DNA of 64,000 bases from Solirubrobacterales bacterium (GCA_035762685.1 DASTNW010000063.1:1732-65731), one strand, 5' to 3'. Shown: positions 35,983-47,740, numbered from the stretch's first letter. Notes: generated by a model not told the origin, from the letters alone. Numbers and translations are program-made.

Positions 35983-38625
35983 CTAGCCGAACCCCTGCTC
36001 GATCGAGCGCAGCGCCGCGTCCAGGGCCGCCTCGAGCTTGGCCGGCTCGCGCCCCCCGGCCTGAGCCATGTCGTCACGGCCGCCACCACCGCCGCCGATG
36101 ATCGGCGCCACCTCGCGGATCACGCTGGCGGCGGAGATACCGTGTGCGACCGCCTCCTTGGAGACGAGGACGACCAGGTTCGCCTTCTCGCCCGCCGCGG
36201 TGCCGAGCACCAGCACCGAGGGGCCGCCCAGCTTCGACTGGACGCGGTTGCCGAGGTCGAGCAACTGCTTGGAGTCGCCTTCGACCAGCTTCGCCTGTAC
36301 CGGGATGGCGGAGCCGTCGGGAGCGTGCAGGGTGAGGTCGGCGTCGGCGTCGGCGAGCCGCGCGGCTTCCTCGCCGATCGCCTCCGCCTGGGCCTTTTCT
36401 TCGCCGGCCCCGGCCTCGCGCAGGCGCTCCGCCGCGCGCCGGGCGCCGGCGACGGGGTCCTGCGGATTGCCGAGTAGCTCGCCCGCCTCGCGCAGCTCGC
36501 CCTCGCGCCGGCGAAACCAGTCGATCGCGGCGGGGCCGGTGATCGCCTCGATCCGCCGCACGTTGGCGGCGCTGGAGCCCTCGGACGCGATCTTGAAGAT
36601 GCCGACCTCGGCCGTGTTGGCGACGTGGGTGCCGCCGCAGAGCTCGCGGGAGACGCCGTCGACCTCGACCACCCGCACCCACTCGCCGTATTTCTCCCCG
36701 AACAGGGCCATCGCGCCGAGCCTCTCGGCCTCGGCCCGCTCCATGTTGAGCCAGCGCACCGGCCGGCTCGCCTTGACCCACTCGTTGACACGGTCCTCGA
36801 CCTCACGCAGCTCCTCCGGCCCAAGCGCCTGGCCGTGGGTGAAGTCGAAGCGCAGCTTGTCGGGACGGACGGCCGAGCCCGCCTGGCGCACATGGGTGCC
36901 GAGCCGCTCGCGCAGGGCCGCGTGCAGCAGGTGCGTCGCGGTGTGATTGCGCATCGTCGCGTGACGGGCCTCGTGGTCGACGACCGCCTCCACCGCCAGG
37001 CCCGGGTCGAGCCCGCCGCCGCTGGACTCGATCTCCAGCGCCTGGTCCTCGCCGACCCGGTAGACGTCGACGACCCGCGCCTCCTCCCCGCCCCAGCGCA
37101 GCACCCCGGCATCGGCGACCTGGCCACCGCCCTCGGCGTAGAACGGGCTCTCCTCGAGCTTGACCAAGGCGCGCCCGTCGTCGCCCTGGACAGCGGCGAG
37201 GCCGGTGGTCGCGCGCAGCGTCTCGTAGCCGACGAAGCGGGTCGGCGGCGCCTCCGCGGCGAAGGCGAGCACCTTCTCGTGGCGGTCCTCGGAGCCGTGC
37301 GCGGTGGCGGCGCCGGTGCGGGCGCGCTGGCGCTGCTCGTCCATCAGCTCCTGGAAGCCGGAATCGTCGACGGAGAGCCCCTGCTCGGCCAGCAGCTCCT
37401 TGGTCAGGTCGTAGGGGAAGCCGTAGGTGTCGTGCAGCTTGAAAGCGTCGGCGGCGTCGATCCAGGAGGTCTCCGCCTCCTTCGCCTCGGCCACCAGGCG
37501 CTCGAGCAGCTCGGTGCCGCGCTCGAGCGTGCGGCCGAAGCTCTCCTCCTCGTCGCCGACCCAGCGCGCGATCGTCTCCCGCTCGGCAACCAGCTCCGGG
37601 TAGGCGTCCCCCATCAGCTCGATCGTGCGCTCGGCGAAGCCGCCTAGCCAGGGCGCCTCCAGGCCCAGCGTGCGGCCCTGCTGGATCGCCCGCCGCATGA
37701 TCCGCCGCAGGATGTAGCCGCGGTCCTCGTTCGAGGGGACGACGCCGTCGGCGATCAGGAAGGCGGCGCCGCGAGAGTGGTCGGCGACGATCCGCATCGC
37801 CCGGGTCACGCCCGCGCCCTCCTCGTAGCCGTGGCCAGAGAGCTCCTCGGCGAGGTCGATCAGCGGCCGCACGTGGTCGGTCTCGAAGACCGAGGGGACG
37901 TCCTGGAGGATCGCGGCCATCCGGTCGAGGCCCATGCCGGTGTCGATGTTGCGCATCGGCAGCTCGGTCAGGGAGCCGTCCTCGGCCAGGTCGTAGCTCA
38001 TGAAGACGTGGTTCCAGAACTCGAGGAAGCGGTCGGTGTCGTCGCCGGGACGCTCGTCGGCGGCCCCGAACGCCTCGCCCCGGTCCAGGTAGAGCTCCGA
38101 ACAGGGGCCGCAGGGGCCGGTCGGGCCGGCCTGCCAGAAGTTGTCCTCGCGGCCGAGGCGGACGATCCGCTCGTCCGGGACGCCGACGCCGCGCCAGATC
38201 TCGATCGCCTCCTCGTCGGGTCCGAGCCCGAGCTCCTCGTCGCCGCCGAAGACGGTGGCCCAGATCCGCTCCGGGTCCATCCCGAAGCCCTGAGTGGAGA
38301 GCTCCCAGCCCCAGGGGATCGACTCCGCCTTGAAGTAGTCGCCGAAGCTCCAGTTGCCGAGCATCTCGAAGAAGGTCATGTGACGGGCGGTGTTGCCGAC
38401 CTCCTCGATGTCGGTCGTGCGGAAGCACTTCTGCACGTCGGCGAGGCGCGGCGCCGGCGGCCGCTCGCGGCCGAGGAAGTAGGGCTTGAAGGGCTGCATG
38501 CCGGCGGTGGTGAGCAGCACCGAGGGATCGTGCGCGGAGGGCACGAGCGAGGCCGAAGGGACGACCTTGTGTCCCCGCTCCTCGAAGAAGGAGAGGTAGG
38601 TGTCGCGGATCTCCTGGGCCTTCAT
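35983..38625 (-). CDS. alaS: alanine--tRNA ligase
   Basis: 880 aa. FKPYFLG, HMTFFEMLGNWSFGDYFK, the editing-domain HTATHLLH...CGGTH, and a C-terminal DHHA1 region. Confidence 0.97.
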   Translation of the reverse strand: MKAQEIRDTYLSFFEERGHKVVPSASLVPSAHDPSVLLTTAGMQPFKPYFLGRERPPAPRLADVQKCFRTTDIEEVGNTARHMTFFEMLGNWSFGDYFKAESIPWGWELSTQGFGMDPERIWATVFGGDEELGLGPDEEAIEIWRGVGVPDERIVRLGREDNFWQAGPTGPCGPCSELYLDRGEAFGAADERPGDDTDRFLEFWNHVFMSYDLAEDGSLTELPMRNIDTGMGLDRMAAILQDVPSVFETDHVRPLIDLAEELSGHGYEEGAGVTRAMRIVADHSRGAAFLIADGVVPSNEDRGYILRRIMRRAIQQGRTLGLEAPWLGGFAERTIELMGDAYPELVAERETIARWVGDEEESFGRTLERGTELLERLVAEAKEAETSWIDAADAFKLHDTYGFPYDLTKELLAEQGLSVDDSGFQELMDEQRQRARTGAATAHGSEDRHEKVLAFAAEAPPTRFVGYETLRATTGLAAVQGDDGRALVKLEESPFYAEGGGQVADAGVLRWGGEEARVVDVYRVGEDQALEIESSGGGLDPGLAVEAVVDHEARHATMRNHTATHLLHAALRERLGTHVRQAGSAVRPDKLRFDFTHGQALGPEELREVEDRVNEWVKASRPVRWLNMERAEAERLGAMALFGEKYGEWVRVVEVDGVSRELCGGTHVANTAEVGIFKIASEGSSAANVRRIEAITGPAAIDWFRRREGELREAGELLGNPQDPVAGARRAAERLREAGAGEEKAQAEAIGEEAARLADADADLTLHAPDGSAIPVQAKLVEGDSKQLLDLGNRVQSKLGGPSVLVLGTAAGEKANLVVLVSKEAVAHGISAASVIREVAPIIGGGGGGRDDMAQAGGREPAKLEAALDAALRSIEQGFG

Positions 38626-38668
38626 GGGGAAGAGAGCCTACGGTCTGGCGGCGGCGACGGGAGCGGGA

Positions 38669-40120
38669 TCAGGCCGGGGCGACGATCGTGCCGTGGCCGA
38701 CGACCGTCTCGCCCTCCAGCAGCACCGCCGTCTGCCCCGGGGAGGCGCCGACGAACTCCTCGCCGAGCTCGATCTCTAGCGCCTCGTGGCGGCCGGCGCC
38801 GGCGCTGCCGACGGAGGCCGGCAGGGCGGGCGAGTGGTAGCGGAGGCGGACCGCGTCGACGCGGGCGCCGTCGCGGTGCAGGACCGCGTCGCGGACGCGG
38901 ACGCGGCGGGTCTCGAGCTCGGCGAGCGTGCCGACCGTGACCGTGTTGGCGGCGGCGTCGGTGGCGACCACGTAGAGCGGCTCCGGGGCGGAGACGCCGA
39001 TCCCGCGCCGCTGGCCGACGGTGAAGTTGTGATGGCCGCGGTGGCGGCCGACGGTGCGGCCGGCGCGGTCGAGCACGGCGCCGTCACGGTCGTCCAAACC
39101 GCCATGGCGACGCAGGAAGCCGCGCTTGCCCTGGCCGGCAAGGAAGCAGAGGTCCTGGCTCTCCGCCTTGCGGGCGACCGGCAGGTCGTGGCGAGCGGCG
39201 ATCTCCCGGACCTCGGGCTTGGTCAGCTCCGTCAGCGGAAAGGCGAGCCGGCCAAGCAGGTGCGGCGGCAGCGCCGCCAGCATGTAGCTCTGGTCCTTCG
39301 CCGCGTCGGCGCCGGCGGCGAGCAGCGGACCGGTGCCGTCCTCGACGATGCGCGCGTAGTGACCGGTGACGAGGCGGTCGGCGCCGAGGCGGTCGGCGAG
39401 GTCGACCATCGCCGCGATCCGCACCTCGCCGTTGCAGAGCACGCAGGGGTTGGGAGTGCGGCCAGACGCGTAACCGTCGATGAAGCGAGCGACGACGCGG
39501 CGGCGGAATTCCTCCTCGAGGTCGAGCGTGAAGTGCGGGATGCCGAGCGAGTGCGCAAGCCCCCGGGCCCCGAGCACCGCCTCCGGCGAGCAACAGGCCT
39601 TGGCGCCGTCGGTCTCCGGGTCGGCCCAGAGCTTGACCGTGACCCCGACCACCTCCGCCCCGCGCTCGCGCTCCAGCAGCGCCGCGACGGCGCTGTCGAC
39701 GCCGCCCGACATGGCGACGGCGACGCGCCCCCTCCCGGAGGCGCTCGCGAGGGTGGCGCTCGAGCTCGCGGCGGCGGCGAGAGCGCGGTGCAGAGCGTCG
39801 GCCGCGAGCACGGCGGCGTGTCGCTTCGCGGGCGTCAGGCCGCCGATCGCCTCGTCGACGGTGTCGACGTCGATACGCGCCGCCTCCAGCACCGACTCAC
39901 CGTCGACCATCTCCGCCACCGCCGCCGTCGCCGCCTTCGTCGCCCCACACCCCTCGGCGTCGAAGCTGGCCGCAGCGATCCGCTCGCCCTCGATCGAGAT
40001 CGAGATCCGCGAGAGATCACCGCAGGCCGCCCCGCCGGCCGCCCCCGTGAAGGCGCCGTCCGGTGCGGGCCCGCGCCGGCTCTCGTCACCGAGGTAATGC
40101 TCAAGAAGCTCTCGGTCCAT
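38669..40120 (-). CDS. mnmA: IscU/NifU-like N-terminal domain fused to tRNA 2-thiouridylase MnmA
   Basis: Residues ~1-125: GAACGDLSRISI...DAEGCGATKAA...LTPAKRHAAVLAADAL (IscU-like). Then the PP-loop VAVAMSGGVDSAV and the full MnmA core to the end (483 aa). Confidence 0.85.
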   Translation of the reverse strand: MDRELLEHYLGDESRRGPAPDGAFTGAAGGAACGDLSRISISIEGERIAAASFDAEGCGATKAATAAVAEMVDGESVLEAARIDVDTVDEAIGGLTPAKRHAAVLAADALHRALAAAASSSATLASASGRGRVAVAMSGGVDSAVAALLERERGAEVVGVTVKLWADPETDGAKACCSPEAVLGARGLAHSLGIPHFTLDLEEEFRRRVVARFIDGYASGRTPNPCVLCNGEVRIAAMVDLADRLGADRLVTGHYARIVEDGTGPLLAAGADAAKDQSYMLAALPPHLLGRLAFPLTELTKPEVREIAARHDLPVARKAESQDLCFLAGQGKRGFLRRHGGLDDRDGAVLDRAGRTVGRHRGHHNFTVGQRRGIGVSAPEPLYVVATDAAANTVTVGTLAELETRRVRVRDAVLHRDGARVDAVRLRYHSPALPASVGSAGAGRHEALEIELGEEFVGASPGQTAVLLEGETVVGHGTIVAPA

Positions 40121-40143
40121 CCGTCAAAGGGTAGAGCGCGGTA

Positions 40144-40198
40144 GGTCAGCCGTCACCCCACACCCACACGGCAGGTAGGTGTGGGGTGACGGCTGACC
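40144..40198. repeat. perfect 21-bp inverted repeat (strong hairpin)
   Basis: GGTCAGCCGTCACCCCACACC (40144-40164) and its exact reverse complement (40178-40198), separated by 13 nt. It lies between the DUF559 pseudogene stop and the mnmA start. Confidence 0.6.
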
Positions 40199-40206
40199 GT
40201 CGCAGA

Positions 40207-41203
40207 TCACCCCATGGCCAAGAGCTCGCGCAGATCGGCCACGATTTCCTCCGGTTCATCCCGAAGCTGCCGCCAGGTGACTCGAGTCGAGCGCCAACCG
40301 TCCACGAGCAGGACTCGGTCCCGCTGCCGGTCGCCCTCGAAGGCCCGCTCCGTGCCGTGCACTGCCCGCCCGTCGAGCTCGACCAGCAGCCGCTCCCGCT
40401 CCCACATGCAGTCCGGCCGCAGCAGCCGCCCCCGAACCGGCAGCGTCGCGTTGAAGCGCGGCCGCGGCAGCCCGTGGGCATCGAGGAACTCGACGAACAG
40501 CTCCTCGAAGTCGTTTTGGGTGACGCCCACCGGCTCGCCGCCGCCGAGGACGCCCCGTAGGACCGCGGCCCCGCGTCTGCCCGGATAGCGGTCCAGCAAC
40601 TGCGGCAGTGAAACGCGGCCCGTCATCTGCCGCACTTCGGCCTGGTGGAACGCCCGCTCCACCTCCCGCTTCGAGCCCACCGCCGCCAAGTCGAAGATCG
40701 TCCGGAAGGGCGAAGTGACGGGGACGCGACGCATCTCAGTCACCTCATCCGGCGCAAGTGGGGAGCGATGGACGACGATGCCGACCCGGCCTTGTCACTT
40801 CAGGCAGCGAAGAAGAGAGTGGCAAGAGGCCCCACAGCCGGGCAGCCGAGCGGTAGCTCAGCACTGCGCCCTTTCCGCAGGCAAGGACGGCTGCCATCCA
40901 CCGGCTCTCGGTCGTCGAGGGGCGATGCCCCACCGCATAGACCCCCCGATGCAACGGGAGCAGTCTTCCGCGCTTGACCCGCCAATCGATTTCGTCTCGC
41001 GTCAATCCCAAGGCCGGTAGTTGCCACCGCCCGACTACGCCGTGCTGTCCCCCGGCCAGCTCCCCCAGCGCCAATTCGACTTGCGCCGACGCCCCAGCTT
41101 CAACTGCTGTCGCGGCACGAGGGATGCGTTTGCGGCCCATAGGGCTGTCGATGCATCCCTCGTTAGGCATGCCGCTGATGCTGGCGCGGCGGGCCGCGCC
41201 CAT
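40207..41203 (-). pseudogene. frameshifted DUF559 (Vsr-fold endonuclease-like) gene
   Basis: The N-terminal half (40745-41203: GVVGRWQLPALGLTRDEIDWRVKRGRLLPLHRGVYAVGH...AVLSYRSAARLWGL) and the C-terminal DUF559 half (40207-40743: LVELDGRAVHGTERAFEGDRQRDRVLLVDGWRSTRVTW) abut in different frames at 40743-40747. Confidence 0.6.
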
Positions 41204-41485
41204 GGCGCGCGTTTCGTGTCATTACGTCAGCCGAAGCGCGAAAAGAGGCCCCAGCCCGCCGTTGCCGCCTCTGGCTTTGATCCCTTCAAGTGAAGGTGGG
41301 TGCCCGCTCCCGGCCCCAAGGGGACGGAAGACTTCGGCTCCCGCGCCGTTTGTGTTGGGTCAAACGGTGAGACGGCTCTCGTACGGGCTCGAGCCTCGGC
41401 CCAACCGTACCACCGACGCCCCGTTACGCCGCCCGATTTGGGGCCTCGGTGCCATGCCCGCATCGCGCGTGGATCGGATTTCCGC

Positions 41486-41782
41486 TCAGCCTTCGTCCCA
41501 GTCGAGGTTGGAGAGGTGCAGCTCGGCCTCGCTCCAGCGGTCGGGGGGAACCCGCAGGGCGATATCGCCGAGGCCGAAGCGGTCCAGCGGCCAGTCGGCC
41601 GTCAGCACCGCCTCGATGTCGGCCTCGACCAACGCCTGATGCCAGGCCCGCGCCGTTCGCAGGTCGCCGAAGTCGCGCACGACCTCCCAACTGTCGAAGC
41701 TCGGGTCGTCGACGAAGACCGGCGTCTGCCCCGGTCCGGGAAGCGGGCGCCACCTGCGTGGAAGCCAGTCCCGGAGGCCCAT
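41486..41782 (-). CDS. small hypothetical protein (DUF2007-like guess)
   Basis: 98-aa ORF starting 2 nt after the aspS stop. DLRTARAWHQALVEADIEAVL...IALRVPPDRWSEAE resembles the DUF2007 pattern. The function call is weak. Confidence 0.5.
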   Translation of the reverse strand: MGLRDWLPRRWRPLPGPGQTPVFVDDPSFDSWEVVRDFGDLRTARAWHQALVEADIEAVLTADWPLDRFGLGDIALRVPPDRWSEAELHLSNLDWDEG

Positions 41783-41783
41783 C

Positions 41784-43573
<1,790 letters not shown>

Positions 43574-43577
<4 letters not shown>

Positions 43578-44818
43578 GATTCCCCTCCCGTCATCTCGTC
43601 GACCAGGTTGCCGGGATCGGCCTGCCGCTGCTCGCCGCTTGCCATGTCCCGCAACTGGGCGGAGCCGTCGGCTTCGAGGATGAGGACGCGCCGGGCGCCG
43701 ATCCGGTTGGCGTGTTTGAGCTGCCCCTTGAGCCCCCGGCCCGCCAGGTCGACCTCGGCCGAGAGCCCCGCGTGGCGCAACTCCACCGCCAGCGCCATCG
43801 CCCGCTGGCGCTGGCCCTCCTCGGCGATGGCGACGAAGGCATCGCGTCCCGGCCCCTCCTCCTCTTCGCCAAGCGCGAGGAGGATGCGCTCGATCCCGGC
43901 CGCCCACCCGACCGCCGGCGTCGCCGGCCCACCGAGCTGCTCGATCAAACCGTCGTAGCGGCCGCCGCCGCCGACCTCGGACTGCGCCCCGAGCTCGTCG
44001 CAGACGAAGGAGAAGATCGTGCGCGTGTAGTAGTCGAGGCCGCGGACCAGGGTCGAGTCGACCTCGTAGGCGATCCCGGCGGCGTCGAGCAGGGTCCGCA
44101 CCTCGGCGAAGTGCTCGGCGTCCTCCCCCTCCAGGGCGCCGACGATCGTCGGCGCGCTCGCCATCACCCCCTGCGTTCCCTCGTCGTCGGAATCGAAGGC
44201 GCGCAGTGGGTTGAGGTCGATCCGCTCGCGGACGTCCCGCGAGAGGTCTCCCTCGTGGGCGTGCAGATGTGCTTTCAGCTCCTCCAGGTAGGCCTGGCGG
44301 GCGTCGAGCGAGCCGAGGCTTCCCAGCCGCAGCTCCACGCCCGGCACGCCCAGCTCCCCCAGCAGGTCGGAGAGCAGCATGATCGCCTCGGCGTCGGCCA
44401 GGGGCGAATCGGTGCCGATGCACTCGGCGCCGAGCTGGTGGAACTGCCGGTAGCGCCCCGCCTGGGGGCGCTCGTGGCGGAAGAACGAGCCGAGATAGGA
44501 GAGCTTCACCGGCTGCGCCAGCTTGTGCATCCCGTGCTCGACATAGGCGCGGCAGATCGGCGCCGTGCCCTCCGGCCGCAGGGTGAGGCTGCGCCCGCCC
44601 TTGTCCTCGAAGGTGAACATCTCCTTGCGGACGATGTCGGTGGAACGGCCGACGCCGCGCTCGAACAGCTCGGTGTCCTCGAAGGCCGGCGTCGCGATCG
44701 GCTCGTAGCCGGAGCGGGCGAAGATCGCCGTCGCCACGCGCTCGATCCGCGCCCGCTGACGCGCCTGCTCGGGCAGCACGTCGAAGGTACCGCGGGGCGC
44801 CTGGTACTTGCTGGCCAT
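43574..44818 (-). CDS. hisS: histidine--tRNA ligase
   Basis: YQAPRGTFDVLPE, LRPEGTAPICRAY, FRHERPQAGRYRQFHQ, GGGRYD. Confidence 0.95.
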
Positions 44819-44853
44819 GATCGCGGCGACCTTATTCGACCGGCGCCGGTCGC

Positions 44854-45495
44854 CTACCGGACCAGCGAAGCCAGGAACGGGTTGCTGGCGCGCTCCGCCC
44901 CCAGCGTCGTCATCCCCATATGGCCCGGGTGAACGACGGTCTCGTCCGGGTGGGAATCGAGCAGGGCGCGGATCGACTCCATCAGGGTCGGCCCGTCGCC
45001 ACCGGGCAGATCGACCCGGCCGACCGAGCCCTGGAAGAGGACGTCGCCGGAGAAGATCGCGTCCTCGCCGCGGACGGAGTAGGTGACGTGGCCGGGACTA
45101 TGACCGGGGGTAAAGACGACGTCGAGTTCGAGGCCCGCCAGCCCCAGGGTCTCGCCGCCCTCGACCGTCTCGTCTGCGTCATAGCTCTCGTACGGACCGA
45201 AGCCCTCCCAGGGCACGAAGGCCATGATGTCGGCGAGGACCGGCACCTCGATCCGCGGGCAGTAGACCGGCGCCCCGGTCGCCGCAGCGACGGGGGCGAC
45301 GGCGCCGATGTGGTCGAAATGGCAGTGGGTGAGCAGGATCGCCTCGACCTTCCCCATCGCGCCGGCGGCGGCGAGGATCCGCTCGGCCTCCTCGCCCGGG
45401 TCGACGACGAGGACGCGGTCGGAGCCCTCCCGGCGCAGCAGGAAGCAGTTCTCGGCGATCGCGCCGACCGTGAGCATTTCGACGTCGAGGGCCAT
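44854..45495 (-). CDS. MBL-fold metallo-hydrolase (glyoxalase II-like)
   Basis: LTHCHFDHIG (HxHxDH), TPGHSPGH, GDVLF. Confidence 0.85.
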   Translation of the reverse strand: MALDVEMLTVGAIAENCFLLRREGSDRVLVVDPGEEAERILAAAGAMGKVEAILLTHCHFDHIGAVAPVAAATGAPVYCPRIEVPVLADIMAFVPWEGFGPYESYDADETVEGGETLGLAGLELDVVFTPGHSPGHVTYSVRGEDAIFSGDVLFQGSVGRVDLPGGDGPTLMESIRALLDSHPDETVVHPGHMGMTTLGAERASNPFLASLVR

Positions 45496-45507
45496 CGGGC
45501 CCGGCGC

Positions 45508-45870
45508 CTATTCCTCGCGGGCGCGCATCCGGGCCCGCTCGCGCCGGCGCCACATCGTCATGTCGATGAAGTAGCCGGCGGGGATGTAGAAGGCGAGCAT
45601 GAAGGCGCCGAGCGCGAGCGCGACGCCGACCGGGCGTTTGAAGATCAGCAGCAGCAGGACGGCGAAGATGACGGCGGCGATCAGCCCGCGGACGATCGAG
45701 CCGCGCCAGGTCGGCGGCGCGTCGCCGCGCGGGGCCGGCTTGCGTTTGGCGCCGGCGCGGGCTTTCGCCTCGGCGCGGTTGCGGGGGCGGCCGCGGCGCG
45801 GGTTGGCGTCGATCCGGCCACCCTGCGTGCCACGGCGCTTGCGGCGGCGCTTCTTCTTGGTCTGTGCCAT
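45508..45870 (-). CDS. small membrane protein with highly basic N-terminus
   Basis: MAQTKKKRRRKRRGTQGG... followed by two TM helices (GLIAAVIFAVLLLLIF, VALALGAFMLAFYIPAGYF). Confidence 0.55.
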   Translation of the reverse strand: MAQTKKKRRRKRRGTQGGRIDANPRRGRPRNRAEAKARAGAKRKPAPRGDAPPTWRGSIVRGLIAAVIFAVLLLLIFKRPVGVALALGAFMLAFYIPAGYFIDMTMWRRRERARMRAREE

Positions 45871-45879
45871 TGACTGAAT

Positions 45880-46770
45880 TTAGTCGGTCAGCGCCGCCAG
45901 GCGCCGCTCGATCAAATGCCGCTCCGGGTCGAAGCCGCGCATCGGCACGTCAGCTGGGTAGCCCGCCACGGCGCTGGTCGGGACGAGGCCGACCAGCTCA
46001 GCCTCGAGCGGCCTGGCGCCGAGCGGCGCCGCCAGCTCGCGCACCCGCTCGACCACGGCGCCGAGGGGGACCGCGAGCGGGTCGTGGACGTTGGTCGAGA
46101 CCTGGCCGCGGCCGCTGGCAAGGAGCAGCCCGATCGCCCGCACCCCCGGCAAGCCGCCGCCGGACTCGCGCAGCCCGGCCGCGACCGCGCGGGCGATCTC
46201 GACGTCGCCGCTGTCGAGCTCGACGTTGAAGGCGGCCAGCGGCGGGCGGGCGGTGACGAGGGTCGCACCGGCGCGCCGGTGCGGCAGGTCGGGGCCGAAA
46301 TCGGACCGCAGCTCCCCCGCCTCCATCCGCAGCCACAGCTCGGCCAGCCCGCCGTTGCGGAAGTAGGCGCGCTCGGCCCGGCCCGGGCCCCGCGCCAGCT
46401 CCCCGTAGAGGAAGACCGGCACCCCGAGGCCGCCGATCTGCTCGGCCAGGACCATCGCCTCGGTGCGCGCCGCCTCGCGATCGGCGGGGTCGAACCAGAC
46501 CAGCGGGCAGACGTCGAGGGCGCCGACCGCCGGGTGCGCCCCTCTGTAGGCCGCTATGTCGATCGTCTCCAGCGCCTCCTCGGCGCCGCCGACCAGCGCC
46601 TCGGTCAACGGCCCGACCTGGCCCGCGAGGGTGAAGACGGTGCGGTTGTGATCGGCGTCGGTATGGCGGTCGAGCAGGGAGACGCCGCGGCCGAAGGCGG
46701 CCTCCAGGCGCGCCAAGAGCTCAGCGTCGCGCCCCTCCGAGACATTGGGGACGGCGAGCAGGGGTGGCAT
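45880..46770 (-). CDS. glutamate formimidoyltransferase-like protein (FTCD N-domain)
   Basis: N-terminal LLAVPNVSEGRD matches the xVPNxSEGR signature. Length (296 aa) fits the two-subdomain formiminotransferase fold. Confidence 0.75.
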   Translation of the reverse strand: MPPLLAVPNVSEGRDAELLARLEAAFGRGVSLLDRHTDADHNRTVFTLAGQVGPLTEALVGGAEEALETIDIAAYRGAHPAVGALDVCPLVWFDPADREAARTEAMVLAEQIGGLGVPVFLYGELARGPGRAERAYFRNGGLAELWLRMEAGELRSDFGPDLPHRRAGATLVTARPPLAAFNVELDSGDVEIARAVAAGLRESGGGLPGVRAIGLLLASGRGQVSTNVHDPLAVPLGAVVERVRELAAPLGARPLEAELVGLVPTSAVAGYPADVPMRGFDPERHLIERRLAALTD

Positions 46771-46783
46771 CGCGGCGCCTGGC

Positions 46784-47740
46784 TCAGACCAGCAGGTCGC
46801 CGCCGCTGACGACCGTCTCGCCGTCGACTTCGACCGTCGGTTCGAGCAAGACGCAGTCGAGGTGGACGGGAACCTGGACGGTGCCGCCGATCGCGGCGGA
46901 GGCGCCGAAGGCGACGTGGCAGGTGCCGAGGATCTTCTCGTCCTCGAGGATGTTGCCGGTCAGCAGCGCCTCTTCGTTGGTCCCGATCCCGAGCTCGGCG
47001 ACGTTGGTGCCGTCGGCGCCGTGGACGCTCAGCAGGTCCATTAGCGCCGCCCCCTCGGTGCCGGTCGTCTCGGTGAGGTGGCCGCCGCGGACGGTCAACG
47101 AGACCGGCGTCTCCAGCAGCCCGACGCCGGCGATCGAGCCGTCGACGACCAGCGTGCCCTCCGCCGTCCCCTCGACCGGCGCGATGAAGGTCTCGCCGCA
47201 GGGGAGGTTGCCGAAGGCGCCGCGATTGCCGAGTTCGCCGGCGTCGACGATCGAGAGCCTCTCCTCGAGGCCGAGCCGGAGGTCGCTGCCGTGACGGCAG
47301 GTGATGCGCGCCTCCGAGGCGCCGTTGAGGACGCCGCTGAGCGCCCAGCCGCGGCGCCGCACCTCGGAGAGGTCGCTGACCATCAACCGCGTCAGCATGT
47401 CCTCGGTCACGCCCGGCAGGCTGCCGATCCGCACCCCCTCTTCGCTCGCTTTGCGACGGGCCGCGGTGTGGGAGATCGACTGGATCGTCGGCGCCAGCAC
47501 GACGTCGGCCTCGGCCATCGCGACGGCAACCACGTCCGGTGGCTCGGCGGCGGCCGATTCCCGCTCGGACATCACGGCCAGCGTCGCGCTGGCCCCGTCG
47601 CCCTGCGCCTCGATCCTCATCAGCGCCCCGATCTCTTCCGTCACCGGGTTGCAGACGATCAGCACCTCCTCGCCCGGGGAGATGCTCATGCACTCGCGGA
47701 CCACCGTCCGCACCGCCCTGTCCAGCTCCTCGGTGCTCAC
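46784..47740 (-). CDS. aminopeptidase, M29/AmpS-like family
   Basis: NLPCGETFIAPVEGTAEGTLVVDGS...HVAFGAS resembles the aminopeptidase T / PepS family. Assignment is by motif memory only. Confidence 0.65.
   Translation of the reverse strand: MSTEELDRAVRTVVRECMSISPGEEVLIVCNPVTEEIGALMRIEAQGDGASATLAVMSERESAAAEPPDVVAVAMAEADVVLAPTIQSISHTAARRKASEEGVRIGSLPGVTEDMLTRLMVSDLSEVRRRGWALSGVLNGASEARITCRHGSDLRLGLEERLSIVDAGELGNRGAFGNLPCGETFIAPVEGTAEGTLVVDGSIAGVGLLETPVSLTVRGGHLTETTGTEGAALMDLLSVHGADGTNVAELGIGTNEEALLTGNILEDEKILGTCHVAFGASAAIGGTVQVPVHLDCVLLEPTVEVDGETVVSGGDLLV

Noticed and set aside
43578-44423. N-terminal extension of the aspS ORF (track 41784-44423). Similar extensions exist for aroQ (to 31610), the pepP-like gene (to 30465), GGDEF (to 29543), SDR (to 24555), efp (to 18880) and the 17784-19505 ORF.
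   Set aside because: The extensions overlap the upstream genes and are Arg/Pro-rich. They are replaced by internal ATG/GTG starts that restore canonical N-termini, and most of these form 4-nt ATGA/GTGA overlaps with the upstream stop.
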